DNA of 64,000 bases from positions 42,408,001 to 42,472,000 of the forward strand of contig CM060734.1 of assembly GCA_030704615.1 (NCBI GenBank), written 5' to 3'. The notes beneath the pieces were generated by a model. The model worked only from the letters and a program-made list of their open reading frames with translations. It made no database searches and was not told the DNA's origin. A program made the translations under genes and the position numbers. Each line of letters begins with the position of its first letter. Within the stretch, counting starts at the first letter, position 1. Below, in pieces: positions 49,232 to 61,320 of the stretch. The stretch comes from Takakia lepidozioides (Eukaryota > Plantae > Bryophyta).

Positions 49232-52200
49232 CCCTGAGTCAGGTGGTTGCCAGGTAATGGGCACTGTATCTAAATGAGCTAACTGAGGAGGTCCATGTGA
49301 TGTCACTGAACTCCCCTCACTCATCATATAGGCCTCCTGCCATGCTTGGTGCACACACTCGCCTGCTACTCGATGCAAATTCCCAACTGTACTCCACAGT
49401 GGAATATGAACAGGCACATGAGGAAGCAAATCAGCTTTGTATGCCAATTGTTTGTCCTCATCAGGTGGTGACCTATCATCTGCATGGCTATTGCCCTCCA
49501 AGAGCTCATCACCCCAAGCCACCACCCCTAAGAATGCAGCCAATGTGGGCATCATGTTCTTATGATCCACCGTTACATTCCTAATAAACCGCATTGGGAG
49601 CAGTGCAGATCGAGCATCCCCTGACTGCCATTCCGGCCTGTAGGATGTCGTTTCCTCCCAAAAGTCCAAAGTAAAGCCCATCGTGTATAACATAGCCCCA
49701 CCAACAAGTACATCATAAGACATCGCGTCTGTAACAATGGCTTTAGCTCTCATGACAGAGCCATATGTAGGATGATCTGGCTGCAATCGAATGAAGAGCT
49801 CATGGCGTGTAATCCCTCGTGCCTTCTCTAAACCGCCAAAGATGTTTGAATTTGGAAAGGGCAAGGCTCCAAATCCGCCTCTGTAAGGCCCAAGCCTGCA
49901 ATTGCTGCTCTCCCCAACATCAATGGCTGTGCTCCTGAGTCCAACAAGACCCGCAGTGGCCTATACCTCCTCGTGGCTGGGCCACCCAACTGAAACACAC
50001 CATCTTGATTGTCCACCAGGACTACTCCACCATACTACGCTCAATGGCTAGTCTAGCTGGCAACTCTTGCAATCTTTCAGCTGCCGCTTGCCATGGCGCA
50101 GCTGTGGCTGTCTTCACCCTTGAATCTAGGGCATCCATGCACTACACCTGATCCGCTATCCCCGCAGATAGTGTCGATGCATCACCACTCTCACAGAGTG
50201 CAGCTGTCAGTCTAAAAACTACAGCTGGCCGCATCCCCGGCATTGCAATTGTCGTGGCAGAAAACAATGGAGCTTGGCAAATTGCCGTAGCCACCCCCAA
50301 CAATGTACTGGCTACACCTTGCTTTGCAGTACCAACCACTGGCATTTTCCGAGCCACACCAACTCTTCCCAATGACACTCATGGCTCTACCTCTGACACA
50401 CTTAGACGAGCGGATGTCATCGATGGCATAGTTGGCACTGTCTCAGCCAATGTAAAAGACTGTGGAAGCCTTGTCTGCCAGCTTGTTTCCCCTCTTTGTG
50501 GATCAAAATCCACATCCGCTCCTCTTGGCTCAGGAGCACGCGTTGCTACTTGAGTGACAGCAGCTGCAGAGTCCACATGCAATGGTCATGCAAGTGCGGC
50601 TCCACACATGAAGCCCATACCAATCTGGTCTTCCCTAGGCATAGGAGGTTGTGCAGGTGGGGCTTGAACCTCAGGCCTTGGAGCTGGCGCAACATGAGTA
50701 GTGGCCATGGTAGCAAGACGTTGCTCTAGCTGTGGGCAAGCCTATCTACCATGCCTTGGTCATGACCTTGACCGTGACCCTGTGCTCCTTGGTTTTGGTT
50801 ACGACCTCCACCACGACCTCTGCCTCATCTACCTCTCTAGACTACATTGCCTCGTCCTCGGCCACCATTGTTCCCTTGGAACTGGCCTGGCCGTAGCTCA
50901 GGATGCAAGTCATAATAATGGGTCTCTTCATGCCCATACTTGCCACAATGCCTACACTGTAGTTGTGTAGGCTGTGTCTGTCCCGGCCCTTTGCGTCTCT
51001 CTGGGCAATCTCTCTTAACATGGGGTCCTCCACAATCCCAACATGTCACTCCCGACTGTTGTTGGCCTGAGAATGAAGGAAGTGACCTCTGCAATTGAGA
51101 TCCTCTTTGTCCTTCTCTGGGCTTCGCCTGAGCCCTTTTGTTGCCTTGAGCACGTTGGGGTAGTGGTTGTTGTTGGCTAGGAGCCCCACTTCGTTGTGTC
51201 TCCTTACCAACCCCACCATGACCACTCGCTCTCCACCATATTGAGCTCTATCCGCTCTTCCAGCAAAAACACGTTTGCTAAGGTGGGTTGGGCTACTTGT
51301 AGGAGAGTTGCATCCCGCACCCTTCTCCTCAGCTCCTTGTCCAATATCCCATACCAGAATTGGACTGCTTGAGCTTCTATAACCCCTTGGGTTACATTTA
51401 TCAAGCGCCTCATGCGCATGTAAGCCTCCCTTAAACTCTCGGCAGGCTTTCGTTGGAACTCTTGCAAACTCCGCAATTTCTCCGTCCTTATCCCCTGGTA
51501 GTTTCTCCTTAACTCCTCGAAGAACTCCACAACTGGGTTAAAGGCAGGCACGGGTGTTGGTGCTGCAGCAGGAGCTTGGGTGGACTTCCCAGCTCCTGTT
51601 CACTTGACGTCCCACTGCTGCTGCTTGCAGAAGCTGCCGGTATAGCTGCCGGTGTCACCACTGCCCTTGTGCCTCTAGTGATGGAGACATAGTCAAGTGA
51701 CCAATACACCCACCATTCCTCAATCTCCACCTCATGTCCCCGCCTAAACTCATGGTAGTCATCCATGGGCGGCCCCTCAAGGTGCTGAAACAGCCCCTTC
51801 CACGCCATAAAAGGCGTAAACAGTTGTGGATTGCGCATCTGCTGCAAATCACACCAACTATCAAACTCTTGTATGAAGTCATCAAGCTCGATGGTGCCCA
51901 CAGCTCCAGAGTACCTACGTGGCCCCTTGGTAGCTCCATACATCTCCTCCATCGTGTCCCACAACAATGGCACGGAAATGACTTGCACCCTCGGCGAGAA
52001 TCCTCCTACTCCAAGTCTGAACCTTCCTCAGAAGACACTGAAGGTGAAGGTGGCCTAAACCGCACAGCTCGTCTTGTATACCCACTAGTATCGTTGGTGC
52101 TCGTACCGGCACTCTCCTCAGCAACTGGTGGCACCTCCGTGATGAAACTCACAACCACACCTGTTGTAAACCTGTCTCTAATCCCCCTTTCCACAAGGTA

Positions 52201-52859
52201 ACCGGGTAGAGAACTTGTTGCAGCTTATGGCTTAGACTACTAGGTTTGTAACATAAACCTGCACCTGCATCCACCGCAAGTACTCTTATGGTCTGCTGGT
52301 CATCAACCCAGCCTCACCATAAGAGAAACAATGATGGTTTGACTGGTCATCACCCCAACCTCACCACCGACAGCACACTCTAGGATTGACCGGTGATCAA
52401 ATCCGGACCAACCTCCTATGAAAACAAGCGCCCACACAAAGCGCTAACATGGCGCACAGTCAAGCATGCAGGTGTGGAGGGGATCCAAACACAAGAAAAT
52501 CAAGACAACAACTCCCCTTCACCAAAAACACTCCACAGTGTCGCTCCTGCAATGACACCCCAGCCCAAACCCGGACTGACTCTTGCCTCCACCTACGGAA
52601 AGGTTTTGGCCTACAGAGAGGGTGAAAGACTACAAGGAAGAGAGACTAAAGCAATTCCTAATCCCAGCATGCCCTCATCCCACTACCCTATCTCCACACT
52701 CTCTTGCTTGAACAATAGACAAGACTACCTTTCAAGGGTCTCTCAAATAACTCTCCAGGAGCCCTCAAGAATATGTTTCTCAAACAATCTCACTAAGGCT
52801 CCCAATCCTTGCACAATGGGACTCCAAAACAGTACACCACGGCCCCAAGAGCCTGCCAA

Positions 52860-53365
52860 AACTTAGCCCTCGAGGACCCCAAATAGTCCCTCATACAAGT
52901 CGCCAAAGACTCCTCAAGCTCGCCAAATATTGGCCTCCAAGGACCCCAAACAGTCCTCCAAAGAACTCCAAAGAACTCCAAATGGTCCTCTAAATGGTCC
53001 TCCAAGGACCCCAAACAGTCCTTCAAGGACTCCCAATGGTCCTCCAAACAGTCCTCCAAGGACTCCCAATGGTCCTCCAAATGGTCCTCCAAGGACCCCA
53101 AACAATCCTCCAAAGACTCTTCCTATATTGCCATGTTCCCAATGCGTTCCCAATGTGTTCCCAAGTTCCCAATGGGTTCCCAATAAGTTCCCAAAGTTCC
53201 CTAGGCATATTCCTGAGAATATGCCATAGTATTCCCCCAGTATTCCCCTGGGCCTATATGTATTCCCCTTGTATTCCCCTTAGGAATAGCCATTCCCCCC
53301 TCATAGAATAGTTCATTTCCCCCCAGGGTTTAGCCATTTCCCCCTAGGCTTTAGCCACTTCCCCC
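52860..53365. repeat. Nested short tandem repeats (GGACYCCMAAY..TCCTCCAA, GTTCCCAAT, ATTCCCC units) in the 5' noncoding region of copy 2
   Basis: Directly visible; produces the low-complexity ORFs at 52793-53311. Confidence 0.88.
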
Positions 53366-55001
53366 TCTATTTCCTTGAGGTTTAGCCTTACCAAGCTAGG
53401 GTTTGTGCTCCTTGGGGCTCTATGCTTAATCCCCTCAAGCATCCATGAATTCTATGGGGTACCAAAGCAAATTCCCTTGATCTTATTCACCTTAAGCTAC
53501 TCAAGTTTGTCTCCAACTCAACTAGCAATGCATTGGCCACACAACAAGCTCAATTTCTCATTGGAACTCCAAATCAAGCTTGTACCTCCTTTGGCAAGCC
53601 ACCAAGCCTTGTCTCCTCTCAAGCCTTGGTCATTCAAGCTCCATTCACTTGCTAGCTCAAGAGCCACTCCTCTCAAGCTTGAAATTGCAAAGCTCAAGCC
53701 AAAAGCATGCTCCACACATGCATCACCTCATACACAAAGGAATCAACTTGCTCCCTTTACCTTCTAGCTCTCCTCAAGCGTGAAATTGGAAGCCACACTT
53801 GGGAAGCATGCTCCACATAAGCATCACTTGCTTGATCAACCATCCACCACAAAACTTAAGCCAAAAGGGAATGAATACATGAGCTTCACCTTCTCCTTCC
53901 TTGTCTTGTCACATGCTAGCTATGGTTGAAGTTGATATGCATGCCTTGAGCCACAAATCTCTTTTCTTCATGAAGACCACCTCCAATGATCTCCCACATG
54001 TGCTCCAAGCTCTTCAATGCTCTAGGCTTGGTTTCACATCATCATGGATAGAATTTTCACCCATATGCTTCCCTTCAAACCTCTTGAGCTTCCTAATGCT
54101 CTCCAAGTGCTTGCCCTTGTTGTCTTCAAGCCCAAGCCTATGTAGCTCCTTGGCTTCTCTTCCACAACATCCACACTTGAGCTTGCTTAACCCTAGATTG
54201 ATAGTGAAATGAGTACTAACAATTATTTAGTTGCTCTCCACAAGCCATGGCACACACCATTGACTCCATAATGCATTGAAAAGATTCTCAAACCCTATAA
54301 TCCATGCTTCCACACACACAAGACTTCCCTCTTGCAATCCTTGCAAATCTTGTGGCAAACAAGCTCCTTCTTGAGCTCTCCAACACCTTGGTGTAACACC
54401 ACAAGTACTTTTCTTTGCAAAGGCTTGTGATCTACAAGAGCTCCATCTTTGAGCTCTCCACCTCCTTAGGGCAAAGCAATATCTCTCAAAGCCCTAACAC
54501 CACAAGGATTTTCCTTTACAATGTATGCAACACCTTGCAACACAAAAGCTATCTTCCCAAGCTCTTCAACACACAAGTGCTAAACTAACCCTTACACTCC
54601 GCACTCACTAGCATAAGGTCATCTTCTTGTAGTGACGATAATGAAAGTGAACACAAGGGAAACACTCCACTCATGAATCCACTCAATCACATAAACTAAG
54701 TCAAGCCAACGGCACCCTTGCTAAGGGAATCCACCCTACAAAGCCCTCAACACACTCCCTCTCAATACCTAGAGCTATGGACGTGAGAGAGACTCAGGGA
54801 GGCTCAACTACAAGAAGATGAGCCATCCTCAACGCTCACAAGGGGAAAACCCATCCCCATGTCCCAAGTGAGGTTTGACACCTCACTTGGCATGTGAGAC
54901 CAAATGAAGGCCCAACACACAAAATACAAATATGAATATCCAAAATATCCTAGTTAACTAGAAGTAGGTAATTCTAGTTAACCATGACTAAAACCATGAC
55001 A

Positions 55002-55500
55002 AACCAGGTGGAGGCGAGCAGAATTTGGTTAGCCGTGAGCGCCTTGCCAGTTATAGAGGGTCTAGTGGAGCTCCAAAATCTGAACTTAGCTTTAAGCTTT
55101 GCAATAACTAGGAGAAAACGTTGCTGCGTTGAGAAACTACCAATTTGGTTTTCCAACAGGGTGTATGCCTCACCATCTCTAAGCTATCAGATGCCCAACT
55201 ATGGGCCCCATTGTGGGTTATGTGGGGAGGATCGCAAGTTGACTTGGGAAAGGAGACCAATTGTCTTGCCCCAGTTGACCGAGAAACCAGAAGCAGAGCA
55301 AAACTCTCCAAGACATTTGAGGGCTGCATGTATAGGGGCCATAGAGTCATTTTGGAGGAATAAAACCGAGTTGTCTGCGTAGTTTGAGGTTCCCAGCTAG
55401 GCCAAGACGATGCCATTGATCAGTGGGTTGTTGTCCAGATAATAACCCAAGCTCAGCCGCAATTACAAAAGGAATTGGAGACAAGGACAAACCTATCTCA
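55002..55500 (-). mobile_element. L1-type RT C-terminal fragment, the insertion target of Gypsy-DNMT copy 2
   Basis: YADN, FCSASGFSVNWGKT, LSITGK-like SITGKALTANQILLASTW. Confidence 0.82.
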
Positions 55501-55689
55501 CAGATCTTATAGAGGGGAAAGCCTCAGAAAGAACCCAAGTATCTTTGGTAGACTCTCAATTGAAGTACACCCCAAAAGCTCCAGTGTAGTCAAATTTTGT
55601 GACTTTCGGCCTATGGAGTCTAGTATAGTCACATCACATCCCCAAGACTCTCTAGTGCCTCTCCATTGAAGCACACAACATGAGATCTT

Positions 55690-56850
55690 TTCTTTTTTTT
55701 TTTTTTTCTTAAGGGAACAGGGGATGGAGGCCCTGAGATTTATTATAGAAAGAAAGGGGGGTACAAGTGGAAAAATATACACCGGGGCTGTAGATTAGGC
55801 ATAAATCGCATTGGGAACCTCCCTAACCTAAGAGATAAGAGGGAGAAAAAATGGAGATGTAAACCGAGGGAGAAGTTGGCGTAATGAGGGGCACCAGGTA
55901 GAGCTAAATGCCACTACCAAAGTCTAAATGAGCCTTGAAGCGGGGAAGACGGAGCTTGCGGTGTCACCAGTTGATGTCAATCTCGTCTCCATCAGCATGC
56001 GACTTTCCAGGAATGGGGTTGGGGATGATGTCATTCTAAGTGACTCTCGAGGCCAAAACGCGGGAGCAGATGCGACCATTCTTGCCCTAGGACTCATCGA
56101 AAGCCGTGAGAGTTGCACTCTCCTCCTTTTTCCACCTTCAGATAACACTACAAGCAAAGAAATCCAAGTTTTTCGCCCCTCAGTCATCAGGTCCGAGAAA
56201 ATCCTTGCGAGGATCTTCCTGATGCTGGTGGCAGTGCCAGAATACACAAACTCACACCTCGATTTCCATATGTGCCAGAGGGTGTGGGCTCTCAGACAAG
56301 CCCACACCGGACAGCGAAACAGGGGAGAGCACAAGGGGAGATTTAGAAGAAGAAGAGAGGGGTTGGAGATATCAATGTACTCCCAATTGGAATTAAAAAA
56401 AACAACCTTGGGCCAAGTAATGGCAGGGAAATGACAAGAGAGAAGGCAATGCTCTATGGTCTCCGGGCTTTGGTGTTGGCACATAGTGCAGAGCCCGTCA
56501 GAAGTTGTGGGGTGATGTCCCAGGCAGAATCCGATTTTACAATTTTCCAAAGGAAGATACTGACTTTGGCTGCACGATCCTTGCATAAGATATATTGCAA
56601 GATAGGTCCCCAATCAGACAAGGTGGAAAAATGGGACCATTTTTTGTTCCATTTGGAAGAGAAAGAAATAGAACCAAGCATAAGTCTGTAACCAATTTTG
56701 ACTGTGTAACCAAAGAAGGGAGACTTTGTGGAGTTCATCTAGAACCACTCGTTCGGGTCGAATTGCAGCCCGTGCGAGGGAGACCGAGATACTAGCGTAG
56801 CTATGGCGTGAGCCCAGTGCCGTGAGCCTGGGAGCTGAGCTCACGCTTTA
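55690..56850 (-). mobile_element. L1-type 3' end with zf-RVT, 3' UTR and poly(A) tail
   Basis: KVSIFLWKI, CTMC..PETIEHCLLSC, LWHIWKSRC; T-run at about 55693-55707 on +. Confidence 0.82.
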
Positions 56851-57229
56851 GCCAAGAAGCGTGAGCACAGAGAAAAGAGAAGTAGGCCCTATAGGCGAGG
56901 ATGGGACAAAGAGGGCCTATTACCTTGGAAAAACACGGTTACGAGCTCAATCCACCACACCAGAGTCATATGCTAGTGGCTGTAGAAATTAAAGATGAGA
57001 GACAAGCATGACAGATTTGAAATGTAGAATGAAAGAATGTCTTCACTTGAATTCATATAAGAAAGCATGCAATCAATCGCACCCACAAATGCCCGGTGAG
57101 GCACATACTGAAATATTCCAATGTGGCCTACTTGTACTAAACATCCGTGGGAAATAGCAAGACTGCCAACCTAAGTGGACTTGATCTCGAAGAGTACAAT
57201 GACAAGCCTCTCAAGCATTTCGTGAGGTG

Positions 57230-58700
57230 TCCCGCTGCAGAAGAGTATCTGCATTGAAACCTAGTGTCGCCTGGTGAATGAACTGGTCTCTCTTAGGGAT
57301 GCAGTACATCCTCTGCATTATAAATGCTTGCAGGGGACCCACTTCCCTCTCTTCCCGAGACTGCCCTCACGCATGGTTGCAAAATCAGGACAAGTGTAAT
57401 CTGGAAAATTCCCCACTATAACCTGATACGCTTTGTCATGAACAACAGTGACCAATGTGTAAACCCGACCATAGCCTGGGGCCGGGACTTCCATGATACG
57501 AGTCACCCGAGCCTGCATAATTTGGGCTGACTCCATCTTGCAGTCGTGATCACTTGAAGGGACACAACGCACTTTTCCCATTTTTTTTTGGTTGGGTAGG
57601 AATCAGCAGCGGCAGGAGGCATTCGAGGAACAGAGGGCACATTCATGCTAGGGGTGCATGTAGGCACCACCACAGACCGTGCAAGACGGAACCCAGCGTC
57701 CTCCAACATGCTAATATTTGTTGTTGATGAGAATGAGGTTCCAAGCCTGACTGGCCAAATTTCGGGCGCGGGGCTTCATTATGACAGAGGCACGGACCGT
57801 TTCCTTCACGCATTGTGCCACACCGTCTGGGTAGAACCAATACTTGTGGTCTTTGGACTCCCCAGTTCCATACGGTCGAAATAACCCTGTGTTGGAGCAG
57901 GAGTCCCCTAGAGCCTTTTGCTATTTATTGCATTTCTCAAAAGTAGTAGCGCGAATTGCAGTGCATCACATGACTCTAGATCCCACTACAGTGTGCTTTA
58001 TATGTCACTCAGAGTCACTGCATTGAGACTCCAGCACCGGGAACACCGCCTCATCCACAGAGCCTGGCGCTGCAGTGCTTGGATGGTTTGTAGTTGGTGT
58101 ACTGGAAGAGGATCCACTTGTGAAGGTGGTAGCACATGACTTTCCGTGTAGTGGAGAGACCATGGGGATAGAGAAGTTGACTTTGTCGGGGTCCATCCGA
58201 ACTCGGAGGAGTGTTGAGTTTCCTTTTGCAAGATCCAACTCTCTCCTCACCTTCCAGATAGAGAACCCTCAGTGCACCTGTTGAGAGCCTTGACCATCTT
58301 TGCAAGGTCTCCGGACATGGTCGCAGCCCTTAGCATCATTTCCGTGGTATCATGGCCCTTGCCTCCACATTGTCCCCTCAGGAAATTTCGGTATGTGGTT
58401 TGCTGTGAAAGTGCTCGCACCATGTCATCTGTAGTGTCAACATACAAGTCACGTCCAGGTTGCTGGATTGTTGCATGCATTATGAACAGTTTTTGCCAAA
58501 TTGCCTGAAGACATGTCCACCATGTCTTCCAACAACATGTCCTGGAGGAGGCCAAGCACCCAAAGGTTAGCACGAACCTGCAAACGACAAGGCAATGACT
58601 ACAAAAGAATTCGAAGCGAAATGTGACTGAGTGACAATAGTATTTGTGTGGTTGCAGAGGGCTTACTGCCGTCATGAAAACTCCCCACTGCCTGTACCAC
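57230..58700 (-). mobile_element. Decayed SWIM zinc-finger gene, probably a MULE-type DNA transposon remnant
   Basis: YQVIVGNFPDYTCPDF..KWVPCKHL is a SWIM-like CxC..CxH; fragmented upstream ORFs. Confidence 0.65.
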
Positions 58701-61320
58701 TACAACAGATTGCGGCTTTTATGACTCCCATGGGTGCGTAGTCATGACAGATTTGTGGCAGAAATGCCATTTGCAGTCGTAAAATGCTTTTGAAGTCATA
58801 ATGGAAGTCTGGGGAAGGCGTGTATGCGACTGCATGGCTCCGGACTCTGCGCAACACAGGTCAAATATGTTTGACCACGAATATTGGAATGGCAGATATG
58901 ACTACTAGTCACGGTCATGGCTACACTGGAATGACGTGTACATATTGCTAGACAGACATATGACTTTATGACTCTCACTCTAATGCATTCTGCCAGATCA
59001 TCATATAGATGAATCACTACATGACTGCACGTGTCAACACCTTCTCTGGTTATATATATAATATATGAGTATTTATATTTTGAAAAAACGGAGACTTTGA
59101 CCACTAGAATGAATTAAAAAAAACAAAAAAGAACAAAGTGCAAAAAGATTTAAAGAAAAACACATCGGCTGGTAAGTGGCACAGTGTGTCGCCCCGGTGG
59201 TTTGGGATTCAAACCCGCTGCCCTTATCCTGTATGTGGGATTGTTCGTGACGGTATGTCTAGGCGTTGATCGTCCTGTAGGTCTTATGGCCCATAAATGA
59301 AGGCGGGTGAAATTTTCCCCCTCCTCAAGGGCTGGTTGTTTCCAAGAAAGAAAAAAAAAAGAAAAAAAATCAAAAAGGGGCTTTTAGGGTTTACAAAAAG
59401 GTTAAAAAACTTAAAAAGTTGCCCGTCACGGTCGCGTGAACAGACTTAGAGCAAGTGGGAGGGAGAGAGAGAGAGAGAGCGCTGGGACTTAGAGTGAGCG
59501 AGCGGGAGTGAGGGCAAACATGCATGGGAGGCCCGCAGTTGGAGCAACCTTCGCATCTAAGGCTCTACGTCTGCTTCTCCATGCTAGAAAGCAATTATCT
59601 CCTCTCCTTGATCCTGCAGCTTGTCGGGGCTCTACTATGGTGGGTTTCATTCAGGTCCCGGATGACTGCAGAGGAGGAATGTTAATTCGTGAGCCCGCTC
59701 ATGGAAACCATGACTTAAATCGAGCAGCAGGTCTGCCAACCAGTGCCCAAAAATAGTTGAATCAGTACAAATGTGATAACATCCGTGAAGCAGATGCAGT
59801 GATGGACTGGTCTGATCTTAATCTTGCCGGTCACTTGCCCTGCAGCATGACCACGCACAAGCTCACTACCGCCCGAAGCCCCACAACCCCCTGCTCGGAC
59901 CACATCATCCGTCCTCATGAAGAGGCCCAGGTGTACTTGTCTCTCTATGTTAGTCTCCATTTCAACATTACGCATATCGCTGCTCCACCCTGGTGGCCCA
60001 CAGGCGCGTTTTCCACGACACCCACCTACCTTTGGCATCAGCGCACCTTCTCTCATTCCCACAGGACCTGGTCCTGGCGTGTTAGTAGCATGGCTTATCA
60101 TAATCGACCATGGCGGCCCTGTCTATCTTCCTGGCATTTTCCAGTTCAATGACTGGAGCGAAGCCCCCCTCTTGCGGCGCACCATGCTGGCTGGCACTCT
60201 TCCGAACCAGCTGCTGGTCAATTTGCTATCTCTACCCCGACTCAATCTCAACCTCAATAGCACCCAAGTTCTGGAAAGGGGCAAAGAGGTCCATGACACT
60301 ATCATCAAAGCTGGACTTTTACCAGATATCATTTCAGAGTCGACCACTGTCAAAGGTCAGGCCATTCTTCTTCTTCCAGATGTTTTCGATCCCGTGTTTT
60401 TGGTTAATGGTGGCTACAACCTCTTATGGAGGGATCTTAGGACCGGCTCCAGCATAGAATCAAAATGACAGAGCAAGCATCCACGATTATGGAAGATGTC
60501 AACCCTGAGTTAGCAGTATTACATCAGTTAGCGCCTCCTACCCACAGAGAATGGCTGAAAAAAAGTTGCCGGATCATGTTCTATGGTTTTGAGTTGCCAT
60601 TTTGTTGAGCTTGTTGCATTGCACTGCTTCTTGGAAATGTCTGGCCGTGAACCTTTGTGGGCACTTTTCGTGCGAGGTCAGAGGGCAAGCCCTTCTGAAT
60701 CTCTTGAAGCGCAGTGGTCGGTCAGATTGAGGCAAACGATGGCAGGTTTAAAGTGTTGTGTGGCCTGAAACCCTAACTCTAAACCGTCATTTTGGTAGTT
60801 CACTCGTGAGTGATTGCCGTCCTTGCATCCACTTCTATTTTTATTGTGAGGGAGAGGGAGTCTTCCTTTGTGTCTTTGGAGCTCTCTTGGAAATTTTGCA
60901 TCCATAACCATAACTGTAACAGTTTTGGACGGGCTCAATGGCATCCCAAGAGTATGTACAGGGTTAGGGTTTCAAATCTTCATCTGATTTTTGTTACGGC
61001 TCTTGCTTCTTGGTTGAACGGTGATGTGTCTGTCTTCGCAGCCTACTTTCTTTGTGGGATTGTTGGTTATGGAAACCATGGTTGATAGTTCAGGGTGTCA
61101 GATAGTGTGTCACACACAAGAGGTCCTCTTGGGTTCATGGTCAGCCAAATCCTCCATGGGTCATGACACAAGGTCGAGGACAATGTGGTGAGGGCACCTT
61201 CTTCTTCGACCTATTTCAGCCTGTTTTGCCCTCTCATCAGACTCGGCCCTGAGATGCATATTGAATTTTGTAAGTTAGCTCATTGCTCGTTGATAAGTAG
61301 GGTTGGGGGTGTTTGCTGGA

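Larger units (their letters stand above)
46866..55001 (-). mobile_element. Ty3/Gypsy retrotransposon carrying a C5 DNA methyltransferase, copy 2 (better preserved; RT C-terminus and RNase H deleted; 3' LTR remnant 46866-47005)
   Basis: gag (51988-50840), protease LLDSGAQ (about 49940), DNMT (49231-48303), RT (RMCADYR, LDLRSGYHQ, LPFGLKNAP), integrase (CMVC..WSLDFAGP..VEHFSKWIE); 46866-47005 is a direct repeat of about 54637-54775. Confidence 0.94.

Noticed and set aside
52793-53311. Proline-rich or periodic ORFs (e.g. PNGPPRT, LEDHLED, MGTHWE)
   Set aside because: Translation artefacts of short tandem repeats, open in several frames on both strands and absent from copy 1.
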